Assembly (NCBI GenBank): GCA_937967665.1
Contig: CALBSZ010000696.1
Coordinates: 194 to 64,193, forward strand
DNA from: an uncultured Planctomycetaceae bacterium
GTDB taxonomy: Bacteria; Planctomycetota; Planctomycetia; Pirellulales; Pirellulaceae
DNA length: 64,000 nucleotides
Direction: 5' to 3'
Shown: one piece after another, positions 54,911 through 64,000 of the stretch
Numbering within the stretch: the stretch's first letter is position 1
Layout: the number at the start of each line of letters is the position of its first letter
The notes under the pieces: generated by a model
Database searches by the model: none
What the model was told of the DNA's origin: nothing
What the model saw: the letters and a program-made list of their open reading frames with translations, nothing else
Made by a program: the position numbers and the translations under genes

Positions 54911-57900
54911 ATGACGAAGCGAAGACAGCTGTCCCGACGTCGCGCACGCAGGCAGCAACAGCGTGATTCCCGGCGAGTCCTTGTGGAATCGCTTGAAGCC
55001 CGGCAGATGCTGGCGGTCATCGCCTGCAACAACGGGACGAACTTGGGTGACCTGACGCTGACGGAAGATACGACGATCGACAATCAATCGGGCACGTGCC
55101 TGATCGGCAACGTCGACATGGGTAACTTTAGTCTGATCGTCGATGGTGACGGCGACACGACCATCTCCGGCAACCTGACCGGAAACGCCGCCGCCGGAAA
55201 CACGCTCAACAATTTCGACGCGCTCGGCACGGGCGATTTTTCTTTCACTGCCGATTCACAAACGTTCGACGCGCGACTCGACGACGACGGCACCGACTCC
55301 TGGCTGCTGGTCGGTCGCGGCCGCGACGGCTGGGAATTCGACGCGGACGGACCTGGGGGAGCACTGGCCGCGGTCAATCAGAATCTCGGCACACCAGCCG
55401 CTTTCACCCCTGCCGCCTACGACGACGCGATTATCAACGGTTTGCTTGCACAGATTGGCGTTGACCTGACCAACGTGGAAATCCGCCTGAAGCGGGCCGC
55501 GAACACAGCGGGAACCGAGTACCAGGAAGTTCGCTGGAATCCAACAACACAAACGACCTGGACTTGGGATTTCGATGCCGGAGCCAGCGGCTACGCGGTA
55601 TCTCACGAAGTCGGCGCGTCGGTACTCGGCGGCGCGTTTACCGACGCCACCAGCCAGACGCGTGATACGTTAAGTGCGGGCGGAGGCAATAACCACGAAC
55701 GCGTCTTCACCTGGTCGTGGGGCGGCCACGGCGGCCGACAGGGGTTCAGTTATGGGGGTTCGGTACAGGGCACCGACAACAACAGCCCCACGACGTTTCT
55801 CTGGGAAATCGGCAACGAGAATCACGCCATTCCCTACACCGAAGTCTATATCCGCAGCACCGGTGCGCGCGGGGCGGCCAATCACCTGATCAAGGAAGGC
55901 ATCGGCTCGCTCACGCTGCAGGGAAGCAACACCTACACCGGCGAAACCCTGATCAAAGCCGGGACGGTAGTGGCCGCTGCCGACATGGCATTGGGCGCGA
56001 CGACCACGAATACGCAAGTTCATCACGGAGCGGTTTTGGAATTGTCCGGCGGCGTGAACCTTCCCGAGCAGCTCGAAGTGACAGGGCAGGGCGAAGGCAA
56101 CGGCGTCATTGTCAGTTCCAGCGGTTCCAACGCGATTTCAGGAGACGTCGTTGTTGCCGGTCCGAGGACCTCGGTTACGACCGCTGGCGCTGTGACCGGT
56201 GGCGATCCGGGTGAAGGACTCGACATGTCCGGCGATTTCCACTACGCCGTCAACGCGCTCGGCGTCGGAGGCATGCAGGTCGGCGACGCCTTATTCACCA
56301 ACCAGGCGGGTGAGCCGAACGTTACCATTACTTCCAATCAAGCGGCAGCAAACTGGGACAACGCTTCTGATTTCGGATCCTCGGCCAACGACGCGGCGTT
56401 GAACACCATCATGCGTGACATCCGTTGGAGTTCGAACCCGACGCCGCTGGGAATCACTCTGAATGGTCTCACGATCGGCACGAAGTACAAATTCCAAGGG
56501 CTGTTCCAGGAACGCTGTTGCAATCGCGGCTGGGATGTGATTGTCGACGGACAGAAAGTGCTGCAAGACTTCAGCCCGAACGCCATCCAGGGTGGCGACT
56601 ATGTCAATACCGGCGCGGTCCTGACGCACGAGTTTACGGCGTCCGCCGAATCAGTACAAATCACGTTCGACGGCACGGCGACGGCGTTCCCAGACAAAAA
56701 TCCGATCCTCATGGGCCTTACGGTCGAGGACCTGGGCGAATCGAGTATCGTGCTGTTTGCTGCCGACAACGGCGCGGATTTGGAAATCAGCGGCAATGTG
56801 GATCTCGGTACTTCGGACCTGGTGGTTGGCGGTGCCGGCAGCACCACCATCGCCGGCGACATCGCGGGTGCGGTGACAGGAAACAATTTGAGTTCGCTGG
56901 AATCCTTGCATTCAGGTGAGCACTCATTTACCGGTGACGCACAGACGTTCGACGGACTGATCGACAATGACGGCCTGCATTCCTGGCTCCTGGTGGGCCG
57001 CGGCCGGGAAGGCTGGGAATTCGATGCTGACGGTCAGGGAACTCTCGCCGATGTGACGCAGGATCTCGGCACTCCAAACGCGTTCGCGCCGGCGGCTTAC
57101 AGCAACGCCATCATCAACGATCTCATCACGCAAGCAGGTATCGACCTGACCGACGTCGAAATCCGGCTCAAGCGGGCCGCCAATACTTCCGGTACCGCGT
57201 ATCAGGAAGTGCGCTGGAAGCCACTGACGCAACCTACCTGGACCTGGGCGTTCGATCCGGGCTATGCCGTGGCCCTGGACGTGCAGCCATCGGTACTTGG
57301 CGCGGCGTTCTCGGATCCCACCAGCGAAACCCGCGACGGCTTTTCGTCAGGGGCGGGAAACAACTACCAGCGCGTCTTCACCTGGGCCTGGGGTGGGCAC
57401 AACAACCAGCGGGGCTTTAGTTACGGCGGCAGCGTCGCCGGTACGGACAACAACAATCCAAGTACGTTCCTGTGGGAATTTACTACGGAAAACCACGCCA
57501 TGCCCTACACGGAAGTCTACGTCCGCAGCCTTGGAACGCAACGGGGTACCAATCGCGTTACTAAGGTGGATGACGGCACGCTCACCTTGTCGGGCGACAA
57601 TTCCTATCGCGGCTTGACCGAAGTTCAAGAAGGGATCCTCGTCGCCGCGTCCGACAATGCGCTCGGAGATGTCGACGCGAACACCACCGTCTTCGACGGC
57701 GCCACCCTGGAACTGGCCGGCAATACCAGCATTCCCGAGCCGCTGACGGTGACCGGCGCCGGCGTGGCCGGCACCGGCGCCATCCTCAGCAGCAGCGGCA
57801 ACAATACGCTTACCGGAACCATCACTGCCCTGAGTCCCCAGCCTATGGCAACGACTAGTCGCGGCGCGGTGACGGGAGGTGATCCTGGTGAAGGTTTGGA

Positions 57901-60900
57901 TATGGAAGGAAACTTCCTGTACGCCGTCAATGCGCTCGGCGCGGGTGGCCAGCAGGTGGGCGATGCGCTGTTTACCGACCAAGCGGGCGAACCGAACGTC
58001 GTGATTTCGGCCAACGCCAACGCCGCGAACTGGGTGACAAGCACGTATGATTTAGGCACGTCAGCGAATGACACGGCTCTCGAAAGTGTCCTTCGTGATA
58101 TTCGTTACAGCGTGGCGCCGCAGGTGGTTTCCATCGACATCCAAGGCCTGACCATCGGCAACCAATACAAGTTCCAAGGTCTTTTCCAGGAACGCTGCTG
58201 CGACCGCGGCTGGGATGTCCTTGTCGACGGCCAGTTAGTGAGCGAAGACTTCAGCCCTCTCGCGATTCAAGGGGGCGATCAAAACAATACCGCCGCCGTG
58301 CTGACGCACGAATTCACGGCGGCCTCCACATCCGTGAACATTGTCTTCGACGGTAATCCGACGGCATTCCCCGACAAGAACCCGATCCTGATGGGGTTGA
58401 CGGTCGAACAACTTGGTCCCTTCCAGCGTGACCTCGTTATCGGCAGCGACGGCGGCACGCTGAACATCAACGGCGACATCGAATTGCAGGACAACGTAGG
58501 ACTCGAGTTGACCGGATCGGCGGACACGATCGTCAACGGCATAATCTCGACCCCCGCGCCGACGTTGAACAACATCGGCGGCCTCGGAGCGGGCGAATTC
58601 TCGTTCACCGCGGATTCGCAGACATTCGACGCCCTGGTGGACGACGACGGCGAGGCGGCTTGGCTGCTAATCGGGCGCGGACGAAATGGCTGGCAGTTCG
58701 ATGCCGATGGCCCGGGCGGAAGCCTGGCCGCTGTCACACAAGGACTGGGCACACCCGCCGCGTTTACTCCCACGGCCTACAGCGACGCCATCATCAATGA
58801 CCTGCTGGCCCAAGCTGGGCTGGACCTCACGGATGTCGAAATCCGCTTGAAGCGGGCCGCCGATACGACCGGCGACTCGTACCAGGAAGTACGCTGGAAT
58901 CCGATCACGCAGTCATTCTGGACCTGGGATTTCGACGCGGGCAGCAATGGGTACGCCGTCTCGCATGAAGTCCGGCCTTCTGCGTTGGGCGGAGCCTTCA
59001 CGGATCTGACCAGCGAGACTCGCGATACCAATGCCGCGGGCTCGGCAAACAATCACGAACGTGTCTTCACCTGGTCGTGGAGCGGACACGGCGGCCAACA
59101 GGGCTTCAGCTACGGGCAGGATGTCGTCGGTACCGATGGCAACGACCCCAACACGTTCCTGTGGGAAATCGGTACGGAAAATCACCCGTTGCCCTACACG
59201 GAAGTCTATATCCGCGCGAGGGATGCCCTGGCGATTCCGGTTTCTCTTTCCAAAACGGGCAGCGGCACCGCAACGCTGGCGGGTAACAACACGTACCTCC
59301 TGCCGACCGACGTCATCGAAGGAACACTGGTCGCCGCCAGCGACAACGCGCTCGGCAGCACTTACGCGGACACGACCGTACGCGCGGGTGGCACACTGGC
59401 GTTGCCCGGCGGCGTCGACTTGCCAGAAAACATCCTCGTCAACGGCACGGGGAATGCCGGCGCAGGTGAGATCGTGAATACCGCCGGCACCAATACCTTG
59501 TACGGCGCAGTCACGCTGATCGGCGCGCCGCTACCTGGTTCCGCTACGACCGCGGGAGTAGTGACCGGCGGCGATCCGGGCGAGGGACTCGATATGGACG
59601 GGAATTTCCTCTATGCGGTCAACGCACTTGGCGCTGGAGGCCAACAAGTCGGCGATGCGTTGTTCACCGACGAAGCGGGCGAACCCAACGTCGTGATCAC
59701 GGCGAATGCGAACGTCGCCAACTGGGATAACGCATCCAACTTTGGTTCGTCAGCCAACGACGTGGCACTTAACAGTATCATGCGCGACATTCGCTACAGC
59801 GTGGCGCCACAAGTCGTTTCGATCGACATCAACGGGCTCACCGTGGGCAACCAGTACAAGTTCCAGGGACTGTTCCAGGAACGCTGTTGCGCGAGGGGCT
59901 GGGATGTCATTGTCGACGGCAACCTCGTGCTGGAAGATTTCAGTCCGAACCTCATTCAAAGCGGCGACTACGTCAATACGGGCGCCGTATTGACGCACGA
60001 ATTCACAGCGACCTCCAGTTCCGTGAACATCGTCTTCAACGGCAATCCAACGACGTTCGCCGACAAGAATCCCATCTTGATGGGGCTGACCGTCGAGGAT
60101 CAGGGTGCCACTCAGCGTCCGGTGAGCATCGGCAGCGCGGCGGGCGAATTGATTGTCAACGGTGAATTGAAACTCGTGGACGCCGACGCCGAGATCACGG
60201 GAGCGGGCGATGTCACGGTCAACGGTACGATCACTTCGCCGGCCCCCAGCCTCAGCAATCTCAGCGCCTTGGCGACCGGTAACTACTCCTTTACGGCCGA
60301 CAGCCAGACATTCGAAGCACTGGTCGATAACGACGGTACGGACACGTGGCTGCTGATTGGTCGTGGCCGCAACGGTTGGGAATTTGACGCCGATGGACCC
60401 GCATCGGTGCCCGATGAAGTCAACGATGGTCTGGGAACTTCCGCCGCCTTCGTACCGAAAGCGTTCGACAGCGCGATCATCAACGATCTGCTCGCCACCG
60501 CGGGGCTCGACATGAGCGACGTCGAAGTACGCCTCCGCCGCGCCGGCGACAGCGCCGGCACGGGAGACTACCAGGAGGTCCGCTGGCGCGATTTTACTGG
60601 CAACGGTAATCAATGGACCTGGGATTTTGACGGCACTCCCTACGGTGTGACCATGCAGCACTTGAACGTCGTTGCGGGACTGCCCGGAAGCCAGGCCTAT
60701 ACCACGACCGGCGGAAACACCGACGATTTCTACGGACTAGGGTCCGGACGAAACGATGCGACGCGCGTCTTTACCTTTGCCTGGAGTGGCCACGGTGATC
60801 AGCAGGGGTTCAGCTACGGCCTGACGGTCGGGGGCGTCAACAACAACGATCCCAACACGTTCCTCTGGGAAATTGGCAACGAAGATCACGCCATTCCCTA

Positions 60901-63900
60901 TACCGAAGTGTATCTCCGCAGTCGCACGTCTCCCACCCAGTTGCCCGATAATCTGCTCAAGACCGGTGCCGGTACGCTGACGCTGAACAGCGCGAATACC
61001 TATAACGGGCTCACCGAAATCGAAGGCGGCACGGTCGTGGTAACCGACGAAGGCGCCCTGGGGAACCCCAACGTGGGAACCACGGTGGACGGCGGGACGC
61101 TGGCTCTATCCGGCGGGATTAACCTCAGCGCGGAAGACGTGACGATTACGGGCACCGGGGCGGCGACGCAGCCGGGCGCCTTGGTCGGCATCAGCGGGAA
61201 CAACGAGTTCAGTGGACAACTGTCCGTGACCGGCACGACGGCCGGCGTCGGATCGGTAGACGATCCGGGCACCGGGTTTGTCGACACGCTCACCATCAGT
61301 TCGTCGATTGACTTGCAGGCCGGGTTAGTGGTCGATGGCGATGGGGACACGGTCGTCACAGGCAACATTATCGAAACGCTGGGGGTCCACCAGTTGGAAG
61401 CCTTGGGGGCCGGCGAATTCGCCTTTACCGCTGCTGGCCAGGATTTCCTCGGCACGGTCGATAACGATGGCACGAACTCCTGGCTGCTCGTGGGACGCGG
61501 TCGTGAAGGCTGGCAATTCGACGCGGACGGTCAAGGCAACATCGCTGATGTGAACCAGAATCTCGGCACCAGCGCCGCCTTCGCTCCGGCTGCGTATAGC
61601 GAAGCCATTGTCAACGAATTGATCGCGCGTGCAGGCATCGATATGAGTGATATCGAAATACGCCTGAGTCGCGCTGCTGACACGTCGGGAATCAATCAAT
61701 ACCAAGAAGGTCGCTTTCGCAACCTGGCCACCAGCGACTGGCGTTGGGACTTTGACGCTGGAACTGGAGCTGGCGCACTAACGGGCACTTGGGAGATCAC
61801 CAATAACGTGCTCGGCGGTCCGTACCTCGATACCACCACGGGAACGCGTGACACTTTTGAAAACCCGCCGAATAACAACGACGGACGCCGGGTCTTCACC
61901 TGGGCCTGGAGTGGACATGGCGACGTGCGCGGCTTCAGCTACGGCAGCAGCGTGAACGGTGTGGCCAACAATGACCCGAACACGTTCTTATGGGAGATTG
62001 CCAACGAAAACCATGCCATCCCGTATACCGAGGTCTACATCCGCAGCCTCGGCACACAGGCACCCGTGAACGGTATTACGAAACTTGGCGCCGGTACCCT
62101 GACCGTCACCGGTAACAACACATACAACGGCGATACGATCGTATCGGAGGGCGTCTTGGTCGCCAACACCAGCGGCCCGAATTCGGCAACCGGCGGCGGC
62201 AACGTCGTTGTGCAGAATGGCGGGTCTCTGGCAGGGGCGGGCAACGTCAGCGGTGCCGTGACGGCCGCATCCGGCGGAACCGTCGCGCCGGGTGATACGG
62301 TTGGTGCGATTTCCACAGGCGACCTCACATTGCAAGCAGGAGCCAACTACGAGTTCGAGCTGGCTTCCGATACGCTTCATGATACGACCAATGTGTCCGG
62401 CTCCGTGGATGTCACCGGCGCCAACCTGGTCGGCTCCGATACGTCGGCTTCCGGCGTGACGGGAACCTTTGTCATCATCAACAACGACGGCACCGATCCG
62501 GTCGTGGGCGAGTTCGCCGGAGTTCCCCAAGCGACGGCCGTGACGATCGGGGCGCAGAGCTTCTTTATCGATTACCAGTACGACTCCGGCACCAGTACAC
62601 CGGCTGCGGGCAATGATATCGCGCTCGTCTCGAACAGCGCCCCGGATGCCGTGGACGACCCGAATGAAACCACCGACGAAGCGTCAGCCATGAATATCGA
62701 CGTGATGGACAACGATTCCGATCCCGATGAGGCGATCGGCGACACGATCTTCCTGCAAGGAGTGTCTACGCTGGGGACCCTCGGCAGCGTGACCGTCAAC
62801 GATGGCACCACTCCCGCCGACGCCTCGGACGACACCGTCGATTACGATCCCAATGGACAGCTTGAATACCTCGGCGTCGGTGACAGCGCCACCGACACGT
62901 TCACCTACACGATCAGCGACCGCGGCGGACTCACCGACATGGCCACCGTCACCGTGACGATCAGCGGGCTCAATGACCCGCCAGTGCTCAGCGTGCCCGG
63001 TCCGCAAACAGTGGCGGAAGGGGCTCTCTTGGACCTGAGCGGGCTGGTCAGCTTCACCGACCTGGATCTCACCGACAGCCATACGATCACGATCGACTGG
63101 GGGGACGGCAGCGCCGTGGAAAACGGCAGCGTCACGGAAACGATGGGCAGTGCTCCGGCCAATCCGGACACGTTTGCTTTGACGAACTCGCACACCTTCG
63201 CCGACGATGGCAGCTACACCGTCACCGTCACCGTCGACGACGGCGAAGCACTCGGTTCGGTGACCGAAACGATTAGTGTTACCGTGACCAACGCGCTGCC
63301 TGCCCTGACGCTGGCCGCAGCGGCCCAGAACGAAGGCACGGCGTTTGCCATCACGGACCTTGGTGTGATTACCGACGCCGGTTTCCGGAATCCCGCCAAC
63401 CCCAACGGCGCCTCGGACGAAACGTTTACCTATTCCATCGACTGGGGCGACTTCTCCGCGGCTGCGACGGGAATGGCCACCATTGACGACATCGGCGGGA
63501 TGGGCGATTTGACCGACGCGTCATTCGATGGCAGCCATTCATACGACAACAACGGCGTCTATACCGTGACCGTCCGCGTGGCGGACGACGACATGACCGG
63601 GGACTTCACGGGCGGTGATGACGGCGTCGACTTCGTCGAACAGACGATCTCGCTCACGGTCAACAACCTGCCGCCGACGGGTACGATCAGCGGTCCCACG
63701 GATGCGTTGCCGTCTCAGACGTTGACGTTCACGTTCAGCGGCGACGACCCGTCGCCGGTGGACGACACCAACCTCTCCTGTTCGGTCAACTGGGGCGACG
63801 GCAATAGCGATGCGTTGGGCAATTGCTTCACACCGGTGGTACTCGATCACGAATATAACGGGCTTGGTATCTTCACCGTTTCCCTCACCATCACCGACGA

Positions 63901-64000
63901 CACCGTCACACAACTGGTCGACACGCACACGGTGAACGTCACCAACAATCCACGCGTGGACGGCCAGGGCAACCTGCTGGTTCCCGATTCCTTGATGGGC
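54911..64000 (+). CDS. Giant modular surface protein (>3030 aa, 3' end beyond the window): ESLEAR leader, 5x novel ~205-aa domain, PATR beta-helix repeats, 3x CBM-like domain, cadherin/VCBS-like and PKD-like domains
   Basis: Absent from the ORF track because it is open-ended. I translated the frame from ATG 54911 (GGAG upstream) to base 64000 (9090 nt, 3030 codons) with no stop. All minus-strand ORFs listed here are antisense shadows. The N-terminus is MTKRRQLSRRRARRQQQRDSRRVLVESLEARQMLAV. Confidence 0.9.
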   Translation, partial: MTKRRQLSRRRARRQQQRDSRRVLVESLEARQMLAVIACNNGTNLGDLTLTEDTTIDNQSGTCLIGNVDMGNFSLIVDGDGDTTISGNLTGNAAAGNTLNNFDALGTGDFSFTADSQTFDARLDDDGTDSWLLVGRGRDGWEFDADGPGGALAAVNQNLGTPAAFTPAAYDDAIINGLLAQIGVDLTNVEIRLKRAANTAGTEYQEVRWNPTTQTTWTWDFDAGASGYAVSHEVGASVLGGAFTDATSQTRDTLSAGGGNNHERVFTWSWGGHGGRQGFSYGGSVQGTDNNSPTTFLWEIGNENHAIPYTEVYIRSTGARGAANHLIKEGIGSLTLQGSNTYTGETLIKAGTVVAAADMALGATTTNTQVHHGAVLELSGGVNLPEQLEVTGQGEGNGVIVSSSGSNAISGDVVVAGPRTSVTTAGAVTGGDPGEGLDMSGDFHYAVNALGVGGMQVGDALFTNQAGEPNVTITSNQAAANWDNASDFGSSANDAALNTIMRDIRWSSNPTPLGITLNGLTIGTKYKFQGLFQERCCNRGWDVIVDGQKVLQDFSPNAIQGGDYVNTGAVLTHEFTASAESVQITFDGTATAFPDKNPILMGLTVEDLGESSIVLFAADNGADLEISGNVDLGTSDLVVGGAGSTTIAGDIAGAVTGNNLSSLESLHSGEHSFTGDAQTFDGLIDNDGLHSWLLVGRGREGWEFDADGQGTLADVTQDLGTPNAFAPAAYSNAIINDLITQAGIDLTDVEIRLKRAANTSGTAYQEVRWKPLTQPTWTWAFDPGYAVALDVQPSVLGAAFSDPTSETRDGFSSGAGNNYQRVFTWAWGGHNNQRGFSYGGSVAGTDNNNPSTFLWEFTTENHAMPYTEVYVRSLGTQRGTNRVTKVDDGTLTLSGDNSYRGLTEVQEGILVAASDNALGDVDANTTVFDGATLELAGNTSIPEPLTVTGAGVAGTGAILSSSGNNTLTGTITALSPQPMATTSRGAVTGGDPGEGLDMEGNFLYAVNALGAGGQQVGDALFTDQAGEPNVVISANANAANWVTSTYDLGTSANDTALESVLRDIRYSVAPQVVSIDIQGLTIGNQYKFQGLFQERCCDRGWDVLVDGQLVSEDFSPLAIQGGDQNNTAAVLTHEFTAASTSVNIVFDGNPTAFPDKNPILMGLTVEQLGPFQRDLVIGSDGGTLNINGDIELQDNVGLELTGSADTIVNGIISTPAPTLNNIGGLGAGEFSFTADSQTFDALVDDDGEAAWLLIGRGRNGWQFDADGPGGSLAAVTQGLGTPAAFTPTAYSDAIINDLLAQAGLDLTDVEIRLKRAADTTGDSYQEVRWNPITQSFWTWDFDAGSNGYAVSHEVRPSALGGAFTDLTSETRDTNAAGSANNHERVFTWSWSGHGGQQGFSYGQDVVGTDGNDPNTFLWEIGTENHPLPYTEVYIRARDALAIPVSLSKTGSGTATLAGNNTYLLPTDVIEGTLVAASDNALGSTYADTTVRAGGTLALPGGVDLPENILVNGTGNAGAGEIVNTAGTNTLYGAVTLIGAPLPGSATTAGVVTGGDPGEGLDMDGNFLYAVNALGAGGQQVGDALFTDEAGEPNVVITANANVANWDNASNFGSSANDVALNSIMRDIRYSVAPQVVSIDINGLTVGNQYKFQGLFQERCCARGWDVIVDGNLVLEDFSPNLIQSGDYVNTGAVLTHEFTATSSSVNIVFNGNPTTFADKNPILMGLTVEDQGATQRPVSIGSAAGELIVNGELKLVDADAEITGAGDVTVNGTITSPAPSLSNLSALATGNYSFTADSQTFEALVDNDGTDTWLLIGRGRNGWEFDADGPASVPDEVNDGLGTSAAFVPKAFDSAIINDLLATAGLDMSDVEVRLRRAGDSAGTGDYQEVRWRDFTGNGNQWTWDFDGTPYGVTMQHLNVVAGLPGSQAYTTTGGNTDDFYGLGSGRNDATRVFTFAWSGHGDQQGFSYGLTVGGVNNNDPNTFLWEIGNEDHAIPYTEVYLRSRTSPTQLPDNLLKTGAGTLTLNSANTYNGLTEIEGGTVVVTDEGALGNPNVGTTVDGGTLALSGGINLSAEDVTITGTGAATQPGALVGISGNNEFSGQLSVTGTTAGVGSVDDPGTGFVDTLTISSSIDLQAGLVVDGDGDTVVTGNIIETLGVHQLEALGAGEFAFTAAGQDFLGTVDNDGTNSWLLVGRGREGWQFDADGQGNIADVNQNLGTSAAFAPAAYSEAIVNELIARAGIDMSDIEIRLSRAADTSGINQYQEGRFRNLATSDWRWDFDAGTGAGALTGTWEITNNVLGGPYLDTTTGTRDTFENPPNNNDGRRVFTWAWSGHGDVRGFSYGSSVNGVANNDPNTFLWEIANENHAIPYTEVYIRSLGTQAPVNGITKLGAGTLTVTGNNTYNGDTIVSEGVLVANTSGPNSATGGGNVVVQNGGSLAGAGNVSGAVTAASGGTVAPGDTVGAISTGDLTLQAGANYEFELASDTLHDTTNVSGSVDVTGANLVGSDTSASGVTGTFVIINNDGTDPVVGEFAGVPQATAVTIGAQSFFIDYQYDSGTSTPAAGNDIALVSNSAPDAVDDPNETTDEASAMNIDVMDNDSDPDEAIGDTIFLQGVSTLGTLGSVTVNDGTTPADASDDTVDYDPNGQLEYLGVGDSATDTFTYTISDRGGLTDMATVTVTISGLNDPPVLSVPGPQTVAEGALLDLSGLVSFTDLDLTDSHTITIDWGDGSAVENGSVTETMGSAPANPDTFALTNSHTFADDGSYTVTVTVDDGEALGSVTETISVTVTNALPALTLAAAAQNEGTAFAITDLGVITDAGFRNPANPNGASDETFTYSIDWGDFSAAATGMATIDDIGGMGDLTDASFDGSHSYDNNGVYTVTVRVADDDMTGDFTGGDDGVDFVEQTISLTVNNLPPTGTISGPTDALPSQTLTFTFSGDDPSPVDDTNLSCSVNWGDGNSDALGNCFTPVVLDHEYNGLGIFTVSLTITDDTVTQLVDTHTVNVTNNPRVDGQGNLLVPDSLMG
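55238..62047 (+). repeat. Five tandem coding modules (periods 1689, 1671, 1686, 1134 nt) inside the giant ORF
   Basis: Novel-domain copies at 55238-55858, 56927-57529, 58598-59218, 60284-60922 and 61418-62047. All are in frame, each starting (F/Y/H)(S/A)FT and ending PYTEVY(I/V/L)R(S/A). CBM-like copies at 56192-56734, 57869-58414 and 59561-60103. Confidence 0.9.

Overview
GC-rich chromosomal segment. Its gene content points to a Planctomycetota (Pirellulales-like) genome: a DUF1549/DUF1553 (PSD1) + DUF1501 + sulfatase operon, a DUF1559 prepilin-like protein, a CRTAC1/VCBS protein, and giant surface proteins with an N-terminal ESLEAR motif. All family assignments come from motifs I read in the translations; no search was run.

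Layout:
- 0-5.6 kb: SDR (open at the window edge), class I FBP aldolase, PQQ-like propeller, MBL hydrolase, DUF1571-like protein.
- 5.6-8.7 kb: visibly AT-richer, gene-poor patch with GNAT remnants and a SlyD-like PPIase.
- 8.7-15 kb: PSD1-DUF1501-arylsulfatase operon.
- 15-23 kb: PSP1-like protein, bioB, quinone oxidoreductase, secreted hypothetical, CRTAC1-like protein, secreted 7x EF-hand protein.
- 23.8-33.6 kb: nine-gene T2SS-like operon (gspE-F-G-H-I-J-K-L-M), with the seven genes gspG to gspM translationally coupled. No secretin or prepilin peptidase is in the window. An in-frame amber codon cuts off the conserved C-terminus of gspE. The last gene is a GspM/PilO-Ig-PilP/GspC-like fusion.
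- 34-38 kb: VOC protein, selO, second sulfatase.
- 38.6-44.1 kb: 1836-aa LamG / F-type-lectin / cadherin-like / PKD / RTX protein.
- 44.2-54.4 kb: accessory stretch with a hydrolase, DUF1559 + lipoprotein, an orphan flavin-dependent halogenase, an IS4-family IS flanked by 22-bp direct repeats inside a REP-like palindrome, a CHAD protein, a Na/Pi-PhoU transporter and a NUDIX hydrolase.
- 54.9 kb to the window end: an open-ended ORF of more than 3030 codons, absent from the ORF track.

The best candidate for something undescribed is that last ORF. It is built of five tandem modules around a ~205-aa domain I cannot assign to any family; three of the modules also carry a CBM-like domain.

Several small repeat and hairpin families sit in the intergenic regions. 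No rRNA, tRNA or CRISPR array was seen by eye.
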